A stretch of DNA of 64,000 bases from Kudoa neothunni (taxonomy: Eukaryota; Animalia; Cnidaria): NCBI GenBank assembly GCA_964304625.1, contig OZ199838.1:11433608-11497607 (forward strand), in the 5' to 3' direction. The translations under genes and the position numbers were made by a program. Shown one piece after another: positions 28,362-41,247 of this stretch (its first letter is position 1; the number at the start of each line of letters is the position of its first letter). Below the pieces are notes generated by a model, which worked only from the letters and a program-made list of their open reading frames with translations, searched no databases and had not been told where the DNA came from.

Positions 28362-28500
28362 CAGTTGAAATTTTTGACCAAGAAACATTAAAATAGAAAC
28401 TTTTTTCTAGGTTCTTCAAGTTTTTCGTTGAAAGGGTGCATTAATTAAGTCATTTTGCCGACATAGTGTAGGTTACCATCATTTGTTGTCACGTATAAGT

Positions 28501-29075
28501 ATGCCTGAAGATCTGTCAAAGCATATTCGACACTTTAAGAATTTTCCAATTGAAGGAATTGAATTTCGAGATATACTGCCTCTGTTTTACGATCCAAAAG
28601 TGCTGAAACAATCGGTAGATGCATTTGTGGAGTATATACGCAACAATTACAGTGACGTGACACACATAGTTGGTTTGGATGCGAGAGGTTTTCTTTTCGG
28701 ACCCGCCATTGCAATGCAACTAGGGACAGCGTTTGTTGCCGTAAGAAAAGCTGGAAAACTTCCGGGTGAATGCCACTCTGTAAAATCTACAAAAGAATAC
28801 GGTGTGGTATGTAGAATTTTAGGTCGCATCGGCGGTAATACTTTTCACGAGTTTAGGATATCCTAGAAATGCAAAAAGATGCACTGAAACCTTCAGATAA
28901 AGTGGTTATTGTTGACGATATTCTCGCTACTGGTGGGACATTGAAAAGCGCCGTCGAATTGGTCAAACTAGGAACTGGAAAATTGCCCGAGTGTTGTGTG
29001 GTTTTTGGAGAACTGGCTGAACTAAATGGCAGGTCTCTAGTCGAATCCAAGTTCCATGCTCTCTATCAAATTTGA
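28501..29075 (+). CDS. APRT: Adenine phosphoribosyltransferase
   Basis: NFPIEGIEFRDI, GLDARGFLFG, VRKAGKLPG and PRPP motif VVIVDDILATGGT. One 50-nt intron (28807-28856) joins the two ORFs. Confidence 0.97.
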
Positions 29076-29843
29076 TTGCGGTCATGCTTCTTTTGTCGAA
29101 CTAGAAAAACTTTACCCAGTTTATTAGGCGATTTATGCAATTTTTCATCTAATACTTTATTGAACTTTTTTTAATATTAGTTTTTAACTAAATTCTTACT
29201 TGTTTACGGTATATCAATTTAATAAAAGAACATCAATAATGACAACGCGCTCATCTAAATAAATTGTAAATTCGTACTAATTTTCGTGGCTTTCAGTTTT
29301 ATGTCTATTCGTAAATTCTGCCCACCAAGAATTTAATACTGGAATATGTTGGAGCACTTAAACAACAGAATTAATTACGATCGAAATACAATATCAGTTT
29401 AAGTCTAATTAACTAAAATAAACTAATTGGGATCATTGTAAATAAACATGCATTAAATTTGATACAAGAAAAAAAATACATCTCAGAGTAATATATTATT
29501 TCCAGCTGGATTGACGATTAGAGAAAAAATTTAAACAAATTATCTTAACACTGTTTTATTGAATACATAACCAATGTGATTAATTTTTTATTTATACTTA
29601 TGTAAAATCAAAATATTAAATTATAAAAAATTTTTTTCAAATCTACGGCAAAATTGAATGTATCCATCCTAGAAAATAAATTTATAACCTCCCATAGACT
29701 ATAGAAATGGATAAATTTCAAAAGATAATATCTTAAGACATTGAATAATTATTTTAATTAGATATTAATAAATATACCAATAATTCATTTGAAATTTGTC
29801 AAACAATGAATTGGATGTCGTAATAACGCTATCCACCTATATA

Positions 29844-32361
29844 GTGACCATTTGCACTACAAATGTGTATGTATGCGCGAGGATTAATGGATATTTTTCT
29901 TGCGTTTTGCATGCCTTAAACGCCGTATTATTTAAAGAAAACGTATTAATTCTATATAATATATTTTTATGTTCGTTTTCAGATATCAATTATGTTTATA
30001 GAGTTCATATCATATTAGATTCTCGTTTGTAGCATTAAAGCTATTCTTAGAAGTTAAAAATGCAATAGCAATATGAATAGATACTATAAGAGAAATTTGT
30101 TGACAACTTAAACGAAAGGACAAGCTGCGTTAACTTATCGCGCGGAATAAGCATGGAGGAACACGAGATTTTCCAGTGTCGTTTTTATTCTTATTCAGAG
30201 ATGAAACAGTCTCTTGAATATTTCATTCAGGTTTATAAGTAAAGATAACAATTTTAAATTCCCTATTGAAACTTGGTTATGCTTATCGTGCCGGAAGAAG
30301 CATCAAGAATTCGTCAACTGATTATAACGAGTTGCAATATCGTTATAAAAAATATGTGTGTCCCCATGGAAATAAAAGAAAACTATGTGGTAATATAATT
30401 AGACCAAGCTCATGGCTAGCTAATGGTTGCGAAGTTTTTATAATTATCTCGAGTACTGATAGCTATTTGTACGTGTCAAAGTACAATGTAGTGCTCAACC
30501 ATGAGCGATTCAATATTCTGTTATAAACATAACCAAAAATTACCAATGTCTATTCAAGAGAACCTTGAGAAGTATCTTAATTGGGGATGTGATAATAAAA
30601 AAGTTAAGTTATCACTTGAAGCCGATCTAAACATCCCAATTAGTCTCAAAAAAAGTTAGAAATCTATAATATAAATCCACTAAATCACCAAAACTCTCAA
30701 ACAATTTTGATGAATTGAATAATACATGGGGTTGATATCCTGTTAGATGTTTATAAAGATGACTATGACCAGCTAAATTACATATGTTTTATCACAAAAA
30801 CGTTGAAAAAAAATTATCAAAAATACCCGTAAGTTAAACACATTGACGCAGCATATAAAGTCAATGGCTGGCATTATCCGCTTTATAATTTTGCGGTTGT
30901 CGACATTAATGGAAGGACTTGTTCCATATTTTTCGCTTTTGTTAAGAACGAATGCCAATCCATAGCAACCGGAATATTTTCCGCTTTTTTGAAAATTATG
31001 GAAAATATAAATGGAACTCGTGTTGCCTTTATCGATAAGGATGCAACCGAGTTTAATGCTTTAAAAGAGTGCTTTCCACATACAAGAGTAGTATTATGTT
31101 CCTTCCATGATTACAAAGCGATGGAGAGAAAAATAGCCACGTTAGATGCCATGCCAATACTTAAAAGTAAAAAAAGTTAAAAGAATTGTCCCAAAAATTT
31201 ATATACGCGTTGAGTAGTGAGTCGTTCGACCGTATAATCAATGAAATCACTGAAACTCATCCACCATATTTCATATATCTGTTAAAAATTTACTAAACAT
31301 CAAGCCTATGTGGACTCATTTTCTTCGACTAGATGTTTTAACTTTCAGATCTAGTACCAACAATAGGGTGGAACAAGTGCATGGAAAATTAAAACGATTT
31401 TTATCAAAATCATCGCTTGCTAATCAATTAAATGTCATAATAAATTATTGTAAAGCCACCTGTAGTGATAGTTTGATAAATAGTGAATTGATTGTGATAA
31501 AAACAAAAATCCAAAATATCGATATAGATGCGTTACAAATAATCAACAAATTATCAACGTTTGCCTACAACAAAATAAAGCACGAAATAATGAATCTCCA
31601 ACTTTTGACTATTTGGAAACTACGTAACATATATTTTGTACATACTTTATGTAATTCGGCCATGGTAACGCATCTTAATGACAATACATACAAGTGTGAT
31701 TGTGCATTTTTTCAGCAGCTATCACTATCACTATCATGCAAGCATTTATTTTCCATGTTAAATCCAATCTTTTAATTGGAGAGTCCCTTTGTACTCGAAG
31801 GTGGTTTTACAGACACTGACCAACTATGTGATGAAAGTGAACCTAAAAATTCAAATTTTGAAATTCCATTAAATTCCGACGAATTATCTCCTGTAACAAG
31901 CCCTTAAAAAATTGACTCCAACAATATTTTCCTGCGCGAAGTGTCTGAAAATAATTCAAAATCCAAATTCGATGATAACAAGCAGTTATGTGAAAAAATA
32001 TTCAATCAATTAAACTCACTTGGAGAGAATCGATATAAATCATTTTACACTGATTTGGAGAACATTCTCAAACAGAATGAAGAAAAAACAGTATATTCGA
32101 TTAACCAAATAAAAGAAAACTCATCTGAAAGATTTGAATTCAATATTTCTTCAACCAGAATCAGAGTAAGACCAAAATGTATAAAAAACTATGCTAAATA
32201 TAAAAAATAAAAAGACATTTTTTCCAAGTTTATTGATTTTTCAAAAAATAGTTAGTTTCAATATTGGTTTTTTAAAAGTAGTATGACGTTTAAGTCATGA
32301 AAAACGAAAGAAAAAAATCCATTAATCTTCACGCATACACATTTGTAATGCAAATAGTCAC
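29844..32361 (+). mobile_element. Decayed MULE (Mutator) transposon with SWIM finger
   Basis: Imperfect TIRs of about 100 nt (GTGACCATTTGCACTACAAATGTGTATG / CATACACATTTGTAATGCAAATAGTCAC). Relics IDAAYKVN, FIDKDATEFNAL..LCSFH, STNNRVE and SWIM CDCAFF..SCKH. Confidence 0.88.
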
Positions 32362-32718
32362 ATCATCCATCTAATTAACTTGACAACCATAAACCTTTTG
32401 ATTTTAAGTGACCTCAAGATTTGCCACCTAACTTTTGACATAACGTCTGACGAAATTATATTTTTTAAATAAATTAAGAAAATCCTATCTATTAAATTTT
32501 GTATAAACGACCAAACACTGTTATATCAGTACTTCTATGCTCAAATAAATATTTCTCACCCTCTGTGAATAATGATATAATTTATACGTTTAATATTAAA
32601 GACAGCAGACAGATAGCACAGGTATCCGACCACTGGAATGCAATTTGTGAGGTCACAAATTCTCTCCTTGATACCGATAAAATACTGGTACTGCTCTGTG
32701 AGCCCCAATCATCTAATA

Positions 32719-35085
32719 CAGTGATTCTCAAACTTTTTTCCAATTGAACCTTTGTCTAAATTATCTTATTAAGATTTGTTCAGAAAAACTTGATGGGTTT
32801 ATATTTATTATTACAAATACAATATTGTATTTGTAACACTTATCGAAATTGGAGTAGAAAATACATATTATAATAAAGAAACAATTTAAAAAGCATAGTA
32901 TATTGGAAAATAAAATATTAATGAGGTAAATGCAATTATTATTTTAACTTATGTATCCTCTGAAAATTTAGCTTTATATTTGATAATTGGATTCTCATAT
33001 CTGGAGCAGCATCCGGTTTTCTTGGATACTTAGTTTGCGAGTTAGCATATCTTGAAAATCCTGATTCACACCAATATGTTGTTACAAAGGGCAGAAGTAT
33101 TTGTATGGCCTGTTTAGATATTTTAGAATATTCTTCAAGTAGATTGCCCCAAGATACATCCGACGGCATTTCTTCAAATTTAGCTTTTAACTGAATATCA
33201 GATGTGATTTCAATTAATTTTTCGTAATCCTCTGCTAGAAATCCTATTGGTTCTTTTGTTATTGTGGATGGATTTTGTACCCAGTAATATTCTTCGCACT
33301 CCAAGTTAGGAAAATATTCAATAAGTGATATTACCAAACTGTTACGACGATCTTTAATTTCATCAAGCGTCTCTGCGTCTAATTCCATTTCAAATTCTTG
33401 CAGAAATTTAGTAAGAAATGGATAACAGCCAAAATCACCATTTTCTAATTCTGAAAGCCAGAACAGCAAATTACGAGATAGAGATATTATATTATTTTGA
33501 CATCGAAAAATGTGGGTTTCTTTTTTTTGTAGAGATTAACATGTTTCAATCAATTACGAAAATACATCTGCTAAATATGTAAGTTTTGCGCGCCATATAT
33601 TATTTCTTAATTTCTCGGACAATTCAAATTTATGCTGAAGGAAACAAACTGTAATTCTTTTAACAATTCAATCATTTTCACCAGCATATTTCCTCTTGAA
33701 AGCCACCTAACCTCTGTATGTAAAAGAAGAGTCGTTTGATGGTTAACCATACTCTCACATAAAGCTATAAACACTCTTGATTGTAATGACCGAGTTTTAT
33801 GAAATTGATAATTTGCACGGCTTTGTCCAAAACTATTTTTAACGGAGCAGATATTCTTTTTATCACTAATGCGTATCTGTCAAGAACGCAGTGATTACTC
33901 TTGCAATTTTTACGACATTTTTTATTCTAGCTAGAGCGCCAGATATTTTTCCCATCATAGCCTTTGCTCCATCAGTGCACACCGAAATGCATTTATCCCA
34001 GCCAATACCATGTTTTGTTATATGATTGTCAACACAATCAAATACATCTTTTCCTGTGGTACGAAGCTCTAAACTTTTATAGAAAAGCAAATTTCCCTCA
34101 ATTCTGTTTGAAGTCATATCTAACAAACACGAGTAGAATTGTCAGTCCAGCCACGTCTGTAGACTCATCCATTTGCAACGCGTAAGCACCACACGCATGC
34201 AATTGTGAATTAAGCTCAGTTTCAATGTCATCAGAAATATCAGCAATAAGTCTCGATACCGTATCATTGGATAGAGACACGGATTCAACCTTTTGAGCAG
34301 ACTTTTCATCAAATACGCATGAAACTACATCTTTCAACACAGGTTTTTCAATGTTTAACCAATAGAGTGAGCTTCAGCGTGAAGAGAAATATGGTAAGAA
34401 GCTTTATATGACGCTTCAGTTGCATTTTCATCGTCGGTTCTGCAGTTTTTCATCGTGAAATTTCTAGTTCTATTGAAACTCTCAAGTTTCCTTTCAGAAA
34501 AAAACATTTTCCCTTATTTTTATACGCACTATGCATGGTCTCCATGTTTCTTTGCTACTTTGCTGATGCCAATGAACTGTTAGCTAATCTTGTGTGCAAA
34601 GTAAACAAATTGCGTCAGGAGCTTCTTCATCACCAATACTAGTAAAGCCATATGACAAATACTGAGGATTGTATTTGCGTTTTTTCTTGACTGGCTGCTA
34701 TTAAGAATAAAATAGAACATATTCCGTAGCGTTCAAATTAGTCCTTGCTGATCGTTCGTTTGCAAGCATATCTGTTTCATCGTCTTCTTTAGATGTGAAT
34801 TTATTTATCTTTTTTAACCAACGATCCATTGTATGTCTTTAAAGTAGTTAAAATAATTTATTGAATAGAAGAAATACTTGTGTTAACAGCAAAGTAGCAC
34901 AATCTTCCTGCATGTGGGTTGATGCGTAACTAACCGACAAAAGCCAGCCATCACTAGTGTTGCAAACTTTAGCTATCAGTGAAAATTCGCTGACATCATA
35001 AGATACATTCTGTACCAATTTCATACGTTATTCTAAAATTTTGCTTATCACTGTAGCTTTATGGAACCCACATTGAGAACAGCTG
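32719..35085 (-). mobile_element. Decayed hAT Buster/Charlie (ZBED5/ZBED8-like) transposon
   Basis: MDRWLKK start at 34829. Motifs SLSNDTVSR, QMDESTDVAG, CTDGAKAM, HTEVRWLSRG and LPFVTTYWCESGFS. CAG-type TIRs at 32719 and 35085. Multiple frameshifts. Confidence 0.9.
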
Positions 35086-35420
35086 CTCTAGGTCATTATT
35101 GATAATATTTTGATTGGAAGTTCGCCCAAGTATGGGTTTTGGAGACCAGGTTAAAGATTTGTCTTTTGAAATATAAGAAATGGAACTTATACTCTTTTCA
35201 TCCATTAGGTTGCATTCGTTTGTAATGCCACTATCATCTATATATAGAAGCATAATGCAAAATCCTTCAAAATTGAAATTAATCAATAATTTAGCATTTA
35301 AAAAATTCAGGTACATTTTCTATCTGCAACAACTTTTCAATTTCACTTGAAGATATATTTTCTGCTTCAGAAGAAGTCATTATTGCTGGGCAATACAAGT
35401 GCCGGGAGAATCCGGTTAGT
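35086..35420 (-). mobile_element. piggyBac N-terminal relic cut by the hAT insertion
   Basis: YISKDKSLTWSPKP..GRTSNQNII resembles the piggyBac transposase N-terminal motif. Confidence 0.45.
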
Positions 35421-36731
35421 ATTTGGGATTAAAAATGGCCAATTTTGTTATTTGTTTACTTAATAATAAGCTCACGTGTATCTCAAACAGCTTAATACGG
35501 AAAATTTTTGAGATATAATACAAAATGATAGAAAACAATTTTTTATGAATTTCATTGAAATCCGGGGTAAAAATGATTAAAATTAGCGAATTTGAAGCCA
35601 GTTTTATTCGGAAATGGGTTCGTGGAGCCCAGGGTTAGTGCTTCAGGTTTAATCGCGAGACATGGAATTTCGTCGAGTGAGGATGGCGCTAATAAACTCC
35701 CGATTCGTTATGTACCTATTGGGAAATAAAAACCCGGCAAACCTCAAAGAGTTAGCTCGTTTGAAGTTTAAAGTGATAGAGTTTACTTAAGGTTTTGATT
35801 TCCCTCGGACGAATAGATTTAGTAAGTAAAGCAACTCCCCTATTACCACAGAATAATGAGATGGGGATAATATGCGACTCTGCTTCTACCTATAGTATTC
35901 ATGTAGTCAACCTCAACAGCCAGAATTATAATCCCTAGGAAGCTGCCCTGGAGATTTTACCTTTTGAACATTTTAGTTTATAAGGACAAGCGAAAACAAA
36001 TATTAAAATAAAACAAAAAATGAAAACAGGAGGGTATATTTGTACTGGAAAAGTTTTAGGGTTGAATGAAAAATTGTTAGGCATTAACCTTGTCTGTATA
36101 ATTTTTGTACTTGAATTAAATTTTAGCCTATATTTTTCAATAAAGTTGTACAGTAAGATTTATTTTTTTACGTTCTCTTCATATTAACTGATATACTTTC
36201 CCGACGTAAAAAATATTTATATGCTTTTTTAAAGGATTAAGATAAATTCGAATAACGTTTTTTGGTTAGTTTCTTAACCGAAACTAATTGCAACAATTTG
36301 CGGAGAAATTGATAAGATTTGCTTGCTTCTCTATGTTATTAAAATTCAAGAAACTTGAAACTAACGGATATATTTTAAATGTTAATCTAAACTTGAAACA
36401 ATGTAGTTTTTCGCGTATTCACTCTAATTGGGAAGCGTTGTTATTACAAATTAAAGTTTAGAAAAGTTTACATATTTTTATTCTTCTCAGTATTATCTTA
36501 TGATAAGTCAATATTGCTTCATTATAAAAGAGAAATCACGATTTTATCCCCCAAAATAATCATAAAAAAATCTTTGTACTATTAGGTTATGATGTTTAAA
36601 TAAAAACGTACAATTAATATATCAGTTTATTCCTTTCACATTAACATAAAACCTATATTTATAATAAATTTATACCCTTACGCACTTTCAGATCTATCCT
36701 TTGAGACGAATCAAACCTATATTCACAATAT

Positions 36732-37234
36732 ATAGCCTGGACAATACGGCATAATAGTGCTAGGTTAAGATCGCTTACCATGATATTGCTAGTTTGAAGC
36801 CTAGTCGGGCGTTCATGTACTCCTAATCCGAAATTAAATAGGAAGGTTGAAGTAATCGCAAGGATCTACGATTTAGCGTTGTCTTGCTTGCAGCTGGGAG
36901 GTGAGCCTGGCGGAAGGGTAGGACTCGGGCGCTCATAAACGCCTGGATACAGGAACGAAATACCATCCAGTAGGGGGTTTCCGTGGAGCCGACACCCGCA
37001 TTCGGACGACTTTCCCAGACTAATTTTGGGTTAGTCCAGGGTATGGTTAGGGTGGTGATTTTTCCGAAACGAGGATGTTTAGTGAATTAAAATCCCATGC
37101 TACCGCATAAACGTAAATTGCCTTAATATGACGCTGCCTTGCCTACAGCGTAAATGAAGAAGGCCTAACCAGCCCGAACTTCACAGTCTAACAAATTGCG
37201 CCAGGGGTTTGACCTTGTAAACAAAGAAAATAAA
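36732..37234 (+). mobile_element. tRNA-derived SINE (about 500 bp) with 14-bp TSD
   Basis: Exact TSD TATATTCACAATAT at 36718-36731 and 37235-37248. tRNA-like head with degenerate A and B boxes and GCCTGG/TCGGGC pairing. Hairpin-rich GC body and A-rich tail. Second copy at 44645-45080. Confidence 0.8.
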
Positions 37235-37976
37235 TATATTCACAATATGCTTATAATAAATAATATTTAAATATTCAATTCTCAAATTTAAAAATAAGAT
37301 TAAAAACCGAATAAAAATGCACCTTATCGTGATTGACTTGTATACCATAATATCAAAAAGAAATGCTATTGTTATTATAAATTAAATTTTTAGTTTATAT
37401 AGAACTCTTGAATGGAAAAATAGCAATATCAATAAATTGTCAGTTTATATTTGTCTTTTTTGGCATAAAGTAAGACATGTACTCTCTCTTAAAGTATTTT
37501 AATATCAAATCATTTAATGTATCAAATACTTAAAAAAATCAATGAAAATATTTCATGCGTTCCGATAAGTCGCTTTAAACCTAAAAATATACATACGATT
37601 ATTATCACATGCGTCTTCATGCAATCAAGAGATTATGGGCATGAAAATGCGGAATATGGATAAATCCTTATTTCGAGTATCATGTGAAAAAACTTTATAA
37701 ATTATTAAATTTGTAAAGACGAAATTTAAAAATATGGCAATGCTACTTAAATATTAGATTCGTATCGTTGGGATATATTAGTCACAACGATGAATTAATG
37801 AATAGGGATGATTAATGAATAGAATCAGTTTCCAATCATAAATCGAAACTTCAGATGAAAATTAGTTCAAATGAAATTGAACATAAAACTTTTATATGAA
37901 ATAAAATACAGTTATACAATCTCATCAACAATTCCATGAAAACCGTGCGCGCTCTTAACGCTCGGCCACGCATCAA

Positions 37977-40237
37977 ATGAATTTCGTATGTTTAAAAACA
38001 ATAGAAAAAGAGCAGGTGAAAGAATCCAACGATTTTCAGCAGGATATTGGATTAGAAATGTACGTTTCATTTCCAAATCTACATCTCCCTTTCGATATTT
38101 TGCGGCAGCTTTGCAAAATCAGAATTGAATGTGATTGTTTCGGTGTTTAATTTGTTTGTGTAAATATCATTAAGTATTGAAATCCATATCGCTTTGTACA
38201 TCCACGGTTGGCGGCGTGGTTGATCAGGAAACTGATGAGAAAGTTGCCAAATGTGTACAAAGTTATAATAAAGAATTGAATCAAATAGTCAAATTAAACG
38301 TGTGTTATCATATTTTTCAGACTAACTATATTTTTTAACATTCTTTTTATATATAGACTTCATTACAAAATTTCCAATTGTGGAGTGACGACAAAAGCTC
38401 AAACTGGGATAAAACTGTGGCCGATCAAGTTAGTCATTTCTTGCTTAGATTAGCCTTAGCTAAAAAGTAGATTTTATTTACTTTTGGTTGTTTCATTTAA
38501 CCGGATCTAGTGAGGAGCTTAGACGTTGGTTTATCACTATGGAATCTTATTTATTCAAGTGAAATTACTTATATGCTAATGTGTGTGAAATATTTCAATA
38601 GATATCGTTATTCGAGAGAAGCTCCATTTTTAGTGAAGAAATATCTCGAGAACAATAATCTAAATCTAGAAAAGGTAATGTGAAAAATATCAATGATGAG
38701 TTATGAGTATTTGCTGTATTTCAAAAGTTATCCCAAGAAGAAGTAAATGAATGTAGTGATTTTCTCTTGACCAGCTCGAAAGGTGCTAACATAATGGAAA
38801 CCTTTTACAAGGTACCTATACTGAGAAGAAGTTGATCAATTATATTTCTTTCTATAGGTTGATTTCACTCAAGTTGTCAATCTTGTTAGATATCGAATGG
38901 TTTATGTTAATAAAGTAGTTTGTAGTTTGTTTTTTTCATCATTTTTGTTGGTTAAGGGAGTAGCGTATGTTCCCTATACGGAAGTGTGTGAAATTGTTGT
39001 GAATGAATTTCAAAAAATTCTATCCACATCACTGAATGTATTCTAAAGAAGGCTCTAGTTCTTTAGTGGTGGTAATGATAATTGATATATTTAGAAAATC
39101 GAATCACATTATGGACGTATAATTAAGGATGAACGAATAAAGTTATTATTGGAAGCCATAATGTAATCGGTGTAGTTTTATAACATTTTTTCACACTAAT
39201 CTCCAATAGAAACAGCTATCAAAGTAATGAATACATTCCAGTTTCCTACCTAACTGCAATGGACAACCCAAACTCTGAAGACATTGTCACCATTTCAAAC
39301 ATTGATAAAGTCATTATTGACTAAAATCCTTAAATTTATAAGTTTGATGATTTTGTTAGATTTCAGTTGAATCGTTTCCTCCTTGCATGCAAAATTTGCA
39401 TCACAATCTAAAAAAACACCATCATCTTCGCCATTTTGGTCGTCTTCAATATGGATTATTTCTCAAAGGTGCTGGTATGAGTATGGATGATCAAGTGATG
39501 CTTTGGAGACGAGAATTTATGAATATCATGAACAGTGATAAGGTAGAAATTTGTTGAAGGCAGATTTTTTGAATGTGTAATTGCGGTTTAAGTTTGATAA
39601 GAACTACCTCTACGGTATTCGATATAACTATGGGCAGGAAGGTCGTCGATCCAATTTCTCCCCTTATAAGTATCCACATCTACATCTACCACATTGTTAT
39701 TATGTCAGATGAATTGTCATTTTTTCTTTAGTTGTCTTAGAATCACTAAAACCAACGAACCAGGTCCTGGAGATTTCCATGGTATGCCAATTTTTGTCAT
39801 ATTATCACATTTGACTGAATGTGGCATGTGAATTGAATTGAATGTATTTTTAGGCTGTCCTTTCAAGCACTTTGATCATGACACACTCATGAAGCAGTTT
39901 CAATTACTTAAAATATCTGCTAACGATATGGAAGATGTATGTAGATTTTCTATCTAGAATGTCATTTTTTGTACTGAGTTTTTATTTAATTTTTTAAAAG
40001 ATGGATGAATTGATCACTTCAAAACACTATCATGTTGCTTGTTCTAGGTTTTTTGAAGTTGTTCATCAAGTAGCTGTTTATTTTGTGACTAAATTTAATC
40101 AGTTTCTATAATTGCTATTTTAGCTTCCTAAAAACACTGTAAACATCACAAGTCCCAACGAATATTTTGACCTCAGTAGAAAGTATCTTCAGCAACAACA
40201 AGCCGACCCCTCTCAAGCACTTCTCCCAGAAAACTAA
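37977..40237 (+). CDS. PRIM2: DNA primase large subunit (16 exons), absent from the ORF track because exons are short
   Basis: [77 protein letters not shown] and SPNEYF. All four Fe-S Cys present. 15 GT-AG introns keep the frame. Confidence 0.97.
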
Positions 40238-40474
40238 TTCCCACATTTAATCGATTTTAGTTTTGTTGTTTTATACTTATTTTAAAATTTTCTGAAAATC
40301 GATTTTTTTTATTTTAGATTCTAATTTTTTTTTAAGTGTTTAATCTCTCATCCAAATTTAATCCCCATGTTTAGTTTTGACTACATTGAATTATTTTTCG
40401 TTAAGATTGTATAAAGTGGTTATATAAATCAATTATGACAGGCTCTAGAAAATCATGTGTGTTTATTGAATTTA

Positions 40475-40502
40475 AATAATACCGCGCTCGCGCGGTATTA
40501 TT
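40475..40502. repeat. Perfect 12-bp-stem palindrome
   Basis: AATAATACCGCG-CTCG-CGCGGTATTATT. Confidence 0.8.
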
Positions 40503-40637
40503 AATCTCAAATTTATAAGAACAAATAAATAGCTGTAACCTTGATCGTTAATTGGACCATCAAAAGGCGTTCTTATATAAGGTTACCCTTATGCTTTTTA
40601 AGATCAAAAAGTTTCATTTTATGATAATAATATAGAA

Positions 40638-41247
40638 CAGGGGTTCTCAACTGGGGGTAAATTAACTAACATCAAAATCGGATAAGGGCAATTCTTGCCG
40701 AATGAGGTTTGTGACATACCTAAGGATTTCTAAGGGATGATATTATCTAGAGCTATTAAACTCAATAATAAGTTGGCAGATATTCTTAAAATGTTTTTGG
40801 GAATAAATATTAACAAATATTTATAAAACTATAAACACTCTCTTTCTTTTATGTCTCGTTAATTTTTTTTTGATGTGGCCTAATAACAATGCTCAAAGTT
40901 ACAATCTGCATGATAAATAATATTTAAGTGTCACTAGTTTTAACTCTTATTAATTATTCCTGACCTTTGCGAGAGAAAAAGGAGCCAGAAATAATTTAAT
41001 GTAGAAAAATCTAAAAAAATTAAATCTATCGACAGCTTGTGAATTAGAGTCGATGGGATTAAAAACTGTCATTATACAAGCGTACACGCTGTTCAGGATT
41101 TATTGTGTAAATTGTAATCCCAAAAGACAGCTAAAACAATATATATCTTTAAGATAAATAAGAATTTGGTTTCCAAGGTAAGGGGTTAAATTCGGATATT
41201 TTACCAAGTCGAGGGGGTAAATTTGAAAAAACAGTTGAGAACCCCGG
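40638..41247. mobile_element. hAT MITE (family C), relatively young
   Basis: TIRs CAGGGGTTCTCAACTG / CAGTTGAGAACCCCGG (15/16). TSD ATATAGAA / ATATCGAA (7/8). Confidence 0.9.

Noticed and set aside
35675-35716. Penelope-type minimal hammerhead-like GTGAGGATGG...CCCGATTCG
   Set aside because: Both catalytic boxes (CUGANGA and GAAA) are mutated. At most a decayed relic.
36732-37234. Telomerase RNA or RNase P RNA (CCCTAACC on minus strand, GGAAGG on plus)
   Set aside because: The TSD, A-rich tail and second copy show it is a retroposed repeat, and no pseudoknot or P4 pairing was found.
37936-37980. [14 protein letters not shown]-stop before PRIM2, suggesting TGA readthrough or an odd splice site
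   Set aside because: An ATG at 37977 opens the correct frame, so no recoding is needed.
39670-39731. PRIM2 intron starting GTATCC as a possible U12 intron
   Set aside because: Lacks the following TT and a TCCTTAAC branch site.
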